Assembly (NCBI RefSeq): GCF_009914755.1
Contig: NC_060937.1
DNA length: 64,000 nucleotides
DNA from: the human T2T-CHM13v2.0 reference genome, Homo sapiens
Reading direction: 5' to 3' (one strand)
Of this stretch, positions 58,895 through 64,000 are shown in pieces. The translations under genes and the position numbers were made by a program. The notes beneath the pieces are model-generated. The model saw only the letters and a program-made list of their open reading frames with translations. It was not told the DNA's origin and did no database searches. Each line of letters begins with the position of its first letter. The first letter of the stretch is position 1.

Positions 58895-60636
58895 CAATAT
58901 ACCAAAACTTATGGGATGCAGCTAAGGTAGTTCTAACAGAGAAATTTGTTGCAAAAAAATAAATATAAATTAGAATAATAGAATGATTTCAAATAAACAA
59001 CCTAAATGTACACCTCCAGAAACTAAAAAGAAAAATAAATCCTAAGCACTAAGTCAGCAAAAGGAAGGAAATGATGGAGATTAGAGCATAAATAAATGGA
59101 GTAGAAACTAGATAAGCTTTAGAAAAGATCAACAAAACTAAGAGTTGGGTTTCTGAAAAGATAATAAAAATAGAAAAAAACTTTAGACTTAACCAAGAGA
59201 AAAACAGAGAGATCTCAAATAAGTGAAAGAGGAGACATTTCTATCAATACCATAGAAATATAAAGGATTCTAAAGATGATACTACGAACAATCCTACACC
59301 AACAAATTAGGCAACCTAGAAGAAATGGATAAATTCCAAGAAATATAATACCTATCAAGAATGAATCATGAAGTAGAAAGTCTTAAGAGATTAGTAATGA
59401 GTAAAGAAATTTCATAAGTAATCAAACACCTCCCCAAAAGAAAAGTCTAAGACCTCATGGTGTTACAAGTGAATTCTATTAATACCAAGCCTTGAAATAA
59501 ATTAATGCCAATCAACTTTTCCAAAAATTGAAAAGAAGGAAACACTTCCAAGCTCATTCTGAGAGGTTAGCATTACCCTCAACCAAAGCCAGCTAATGAC
59601 ACCTCAAGGAAAAAAAAAGTAGACAAATATCCCTGATAAAAATACACACAAAAATCCTAAAAAAAAATACTGGTAAACCCAATTCAACAGCATGTGAAAA
59701 GAATCATACATAGTTATCCATTAGAATTTGTGCCTGGATGCAAGGAAGATTTAATATACACAAATAAATCAATATGATATACCATGTTAACAGAATAAAG
59801 GATACAAATTGTAAGAACATCTCAATAAATATACAATAAGCATTTAACAAAATTAAACATCCTTTAAAACTCTAAAACATGATAAAATTTCTCAACAAAA
59901 TAAGTGTAGAAGAAACTTAACACAATAAAGTACGTATATAAAAAACCCACATCGAATATCCAGAATACCAGTTGTCAAGAGCTGGTGGGTGGGGAAAATG
60001 GGGATGTATTGATCAAAGATTCCAAACTTTCAGTTATAAAATGAATAAGTTACGTAGGTCTAACATACAGCATGGTAACTATAGTTAATAATACATAATT
60101 ATATACTTGAAATTTACTTTCCCATCATACATATACACACCCATAAATGGTAACTATGACTGGTGATGAATGTGTTAATTAATCTGACTGTGGTAATCAT
60201 GCAGTAGTCCCCCCTTATCCATGCAGGATATGTTTCAAGAATTCCATAGATGTCTGAAACTACAGATAGTCCTGAACCTTGTACATACTGTGTTTTTTTC
60301 TATGCACACATGTCACTGTGAAAGTTTAATTTATAAATTAGGCATGGTAAGAGATTATCAACAATAAATAATAATAAAACAGAGCAATTATAACAATTTA
60401 TTGTTTAAAAAAAGTTACGTAAATGTGGTGTGTCTATCTCTCACATTTTATTGTACTGTAATCACCTATTTTCAGACCACAGTTGATTGTGGATAACTGA
60501 AAACACAGATAAGGGGGGACTACTATACAATGTGTAGTTGTATTAAATCATCCCATTGCTCCACTTGAATATATACAATATTTACTTTTTAGTTACATAT
60601 TTGAAATACAACAGTAAAAATTCTAAATAAAAATTT
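58895..60636 (+). mobile_element. L1MA-type ORF2 piece (58895-59960) joined to an L1MA 3'UTR (59961-~60636)
   Basis: CCAAAACTTATGGGATGCAGC, AACCTAGAAGAAATGGATAAATTCC and CAATTCAACAGCA, then an abrupt switch to AACTTTCAGTTATAAAATGAATAAGTT..TACAGCATGGTAACTATAGTTAATAA. Confidence 0.85.
60202..60525. mobile_element. MER44A (Tigger7 MITE) inside L1MA 3'UTR
   Basis: TIRs CAGTAGTCCCCCCTTATC and GATAAGGGGGGACTACTA. Confidence 0.92.
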
Positions 60637-61290
60637 AAAAATAGGATTTAAACTAAAAAACTTCTGCACGATAAAAGAAATAATCAACAGAGTGAAAAGA
60701 CAACCTACAGAATGAGAGTAAATATTTGCAAATTATTCATCTCACAGTGTCCTAATATCCAGAATGTACAAGAAACTTAAACAACTGAACAGGAAAAAAT
60801 ATATATCCCCATTAAAAAGTGGGCAAAGGACATGAATAGACATTTTTCAAAAGAAGACATACAAATGGCCAATAGGTATATGAAAAAATGTTCAATACTA
60901 CTAAACATCAGAGAAATGCAAATGAAAACCACAATGAGATATTATCTCATGCCCATCAGAATGGCTATCATTAAAAATGTATGCAAAAGTATACAAAAAT
61001 GCAGCAAATGGCAAGGAGGTGAAGAAAAAGGAACTCTTATACTCTGTTAGTGGGAATGTAAATTAGTACAACCTCTATGGAAAATAGTACAGAGATTTTT
61101 CAAATAATTAAAAAGAGAATTACCATTTGATGCAGGCATCCCACTAGTAGGTATCTAGACAAAGGTAAATAAATAAATATATTTAAAATATATCTCCACT
61201 GGTATGTTTATCACAGCACTATTCAATATAGCAAAGATATGGAATCAAATTAAGTCCCTATAACAGATGAATGGATAAAGAAAATCTTAC

Positions 61291-61329
<39 letters not shown>

Positions 61330-61692
61330 AACACACACACAAGGTAATACTATTCAGCCTTAAATGGAGTAAAATCATGTCTTCTGCAGCAACGTGGATG
61401 GAACTGGATGTCATTATCTTAGGTGAAACAAGCACGGAAAGGTAAATATCCTACGTTATCACTCATAAGAGGGTGTTGAAATGTGTACACATGGATATAA
61501 GAGTGCAATGACAGACAATGGAGACTTGGAACGGTGAGAGGGTGAGAGGGGGAGTGAAGGATGAGAATTAGTTAATGGGCACAATGTACTTTTTTGCGGT
61601 GATGAATACACTAAAAGCCCTGACTTAACTACTATGCAATTTATACATGTAACAAAATTGCATATTTACCCCATAAATTTGTACCAAAAAAA
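60637..61692 (+). mobile_element. L1PB4-like 3' ~1 kb
   Basis: ORF2 C-terminus [35 protein letters not shown] and 3'UTR ACACTAAAAGCCCTGACTT. Candidate TSD TCTAAATAAAA at 60622 and 61693. Confidence 0.88.
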
Positions 61693-62479
61693 TCTAAATA
61701 AAATTTTGTAATATATTATTTGATTTTCAGGTAAGCTCAATTTTGTTTAACACTTGAGAACTATTTGTCTTAAGACATAGCGTATCATTTTTAAAAAAGC
61801 TTCTGCATCATAGTACAGGTTTCTGTATATGTGTTTGTGTTTGTGTGTGTGTGTGTGTTATGAGAGAGATAGTGTAGGGAGATCGAAAATAATTGAAGAT
61901 AATCAGTTACTTACCAATAGAAATGGTATTTAAGCAGGCACCTGAAACTTTCCTTTAAATAACAGAAAATCAAAATATTTTACAATACTCTGTAAATTAT
62001 ATAAATATCAAAATTCAAAAGGAATCCCGCCACTCCCCATACACACACTCACACACACACTTGCAAACACATAATAGAATCCTCTGAACTTGGGCTACAG
62101 CACTCTAAGGCATATAAGATTCTTTTTCTTGCAGTTAGTTCACACAGTTTTAGTAGTGTATCATTCTGTGAGGCTATTTCTACCTTATACTGATGATTGT
62201 GGAAACACCAGAGGATTCTTCTTTAACGGTAGATAAGCAATACCTGCAACAATAACAGTTCAATTTATCAACCTCGTAAACAGCTCTTACATTTATCTTC
62301 ATATTGGCTACCACTGCCTGAGCACAATCTTCTATTTCTCACCTGGAAAACTATAATATCTTTCTAACAGGGACACATATTCCACCATTACTTCCTTATC
62401 ATCCTTTATAGTACTGCTGCAAATATTCTATTTGTTTTAAAACTTGCATCTGTTTATAAAAGTATAGTTGTTTTTAGTA

Positions 62480-62685
62480 AAATATGTGGTTTTCAAATTC
62501 AGACTTGATACTATCTGCAAATAATGAAAGATATTTAAACTTTTCAAGACACTACATTCTCATTAATAAGTGGAGATTAATAATAACTACTTCTTAAAAT
62601 TTTTGTGAATATTATATATGGCATGCATGTAAAGTGCTCTCATATTGCAGAGAACCTAGAAAACTCTCAATGAATTTAGTTACTG
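62480..62685 (+). mobile_element. MIR SINE
   Basis: TTCTCATTAATAAGTGGAGATTAATAATAACTAC..GCATGTAAAGTGCT..CTCAATGAAT core. Confidence 0.7.
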
Positions 62686-63254
62686 CCCTTGGTAAATAAT
62701 TTAGAAACCTAAGAAAAATAATAATTAAAGGAGTAAAAATTATATACCAATTCATTCATGCTTTATATAGCATTTTCAAGTTTTTAGTTCTGCTTAATTA
62801 CTGTAAATGATACATTGATCATAGTTAAGACTTGGACAACAAACTGGATTTATATAGTCTTACTTAAAGTAACATTTTCTATAGGGTAAATTTCTGGACC
62901 AATTTTGACCCGGTCATCTCTCTGTAACCACACTGTTTAAGTAGTGGTGGTTTGAAATTAAATATAGCATCTTATATGCCTCTCTTCTTTCTCCCATTGT
63001 TTTCTGGTTATTGTTTCACATAGTCCTCTTCGGATGAACTTCAAGAGAGTTGACATACATATAATATTGACATTATTACTCTGGAAACAAGTGCATGTTT
63101 TATTTCATTTGAGACCCTTTTGTTAGTTACCGGTAAATTTTTACCTTCTGTTATATGAGTCTTGAATGACTTTCTTTAGGCCTAGCTTTTATAGATGGTA
63201 TTGCTATTATAAAACAAATGCTTTGCCATTAAGCATTCTAAATTGCTAATGATG

Positions 63255-63810
63255 TTGTATGTATAGGAAATGCAAAGCTTTTTTAGGGTCTCCAACTGGG
63301 ACTAGGAATTAGCACAACATAAGACAGATTAACAAGAAAAAAAGCATAATTTTTTTATTTAATTTTTTTACATGTACCATCTCTTTATATACACAGGTGG
63401 ATTGGTTCCACAATTACCTACACACACGAAAATCCCAGAATGCTCAAGTTCTTTGTATAAAATGGTATAGTATTTGCATGTAGCCTATGCACACTCCCCC
63501 CATATACTTTAAATTACCTATATTTTACTTATAATGCCTAATACAATGTAAAGGCTGTGGAATAGTTGTAATACTATTGCATTTAAAATTCATTTTATTT
63601 TTAATTGTTGTAGCATTATTTTTGTTTCTGTTCTAAAATATTTTCAATCCACAGTTGAATACAGAACCTGCAGCTACAGAGGGCTGATTGTACATGAGAA
63701 ACTTCAGAGGAAAATGAAGACACAGAAAGTAGTTGGTTCTAAGTGCTTACACACTAGGTTGAACAAACAGTAGTAACTGTGGGATAGTAAAAGATTAAAG
63801 GAAGATACCG
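63255..63810 (-). mobile_element. Old ERV1-type LTR interrupted by MER2 and Alu
   Basis: ATAAGACAGATTAACAAGAAAAAAAGCATA..TTTATTTA and GGAAAATGAAGAC motifs. Subfamily not determined. Confidence 0.5.
63378..63690 (-). mobile_element. MER2/Tigger3a-like MITE
   Basis: GTATTTGCATGTAGCCTATGCAC..TACTTTAAAT..TTACTTATAATGCCTAATACAATGTAAA; opposite orientation to the copy at 20051. Confidence 0.85.
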
Positions 63811-63812
63811 GA

Positions 63813-64000
63813 GGCCGGGCGCGGTGGCTTACGCCTGTAATCCCAGCACTTTGGGAGGCCGAGGCGGGCGGATCACGAGGTCAGGAGATCGAGACTATCC
63901 TGGCTAACACGGTGAAACCCCGTCTCTACTAAAAACACAAAAAAAAATTAGCCAGGCTTGGTGGCGGGCGTCTGTAATCCCAGCACTTTGGGAGGCCGAG
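63813..64000 (+). mobile_element. AluY, CpG-rich, chimeric second arm, cut by window end
   Basis: GGCCGGGCGCGGTGGC..GATCACGAGGTCAGGAGATCGAGAC..TCCTGGCTAACACGG. Confidence 0.96.

Noticed and set aside
60832-61050. 72-aa [17 protein letters not shown]
   Set aside because: C-terminal remnant of L1 ORF2p in a truncated copy.

Overview
AT-rich, gene-poor primate (human-like) nuclear DNA, intergenic or deep intronic. No protein-coding exon, RNA gene, CpG-island promoter or CRISPR array can be supported: every ORF in the track is a chance frame, an Alu translation, a microsatellite or a decayed L1 ORF1/ORF2 remnant. Much of the window is transposable-element debris. It holds nine Alus, a near full-length ancient L1MC (~22.8-31.1 kb) with nested insertions, several other L1 pieces, solo LTRs (THE1/MST, MLT2A, MLT1, MER52, MER93-like, MER73-like), Tigger/mariner/hAT MITEs, L2 and MIR. 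I found no evidence of a new biological system. The most noteworthy items are structural: a probable 3'UTR-only retrocopy (~35.8-36.3 kb), an L1PA ORF1 piece fused to 21 nt of L1 3'UTR, an internally deleted MER52 LTR with both ends and TSD intact, an inverted L1 snippet wrapped in complementary microsatellites, a chimeric AluY, and several local tandem or fold-back duplications. Subfamily names come from my recall of consensus sequences and need Dfam/RepeatMasker confirmation.
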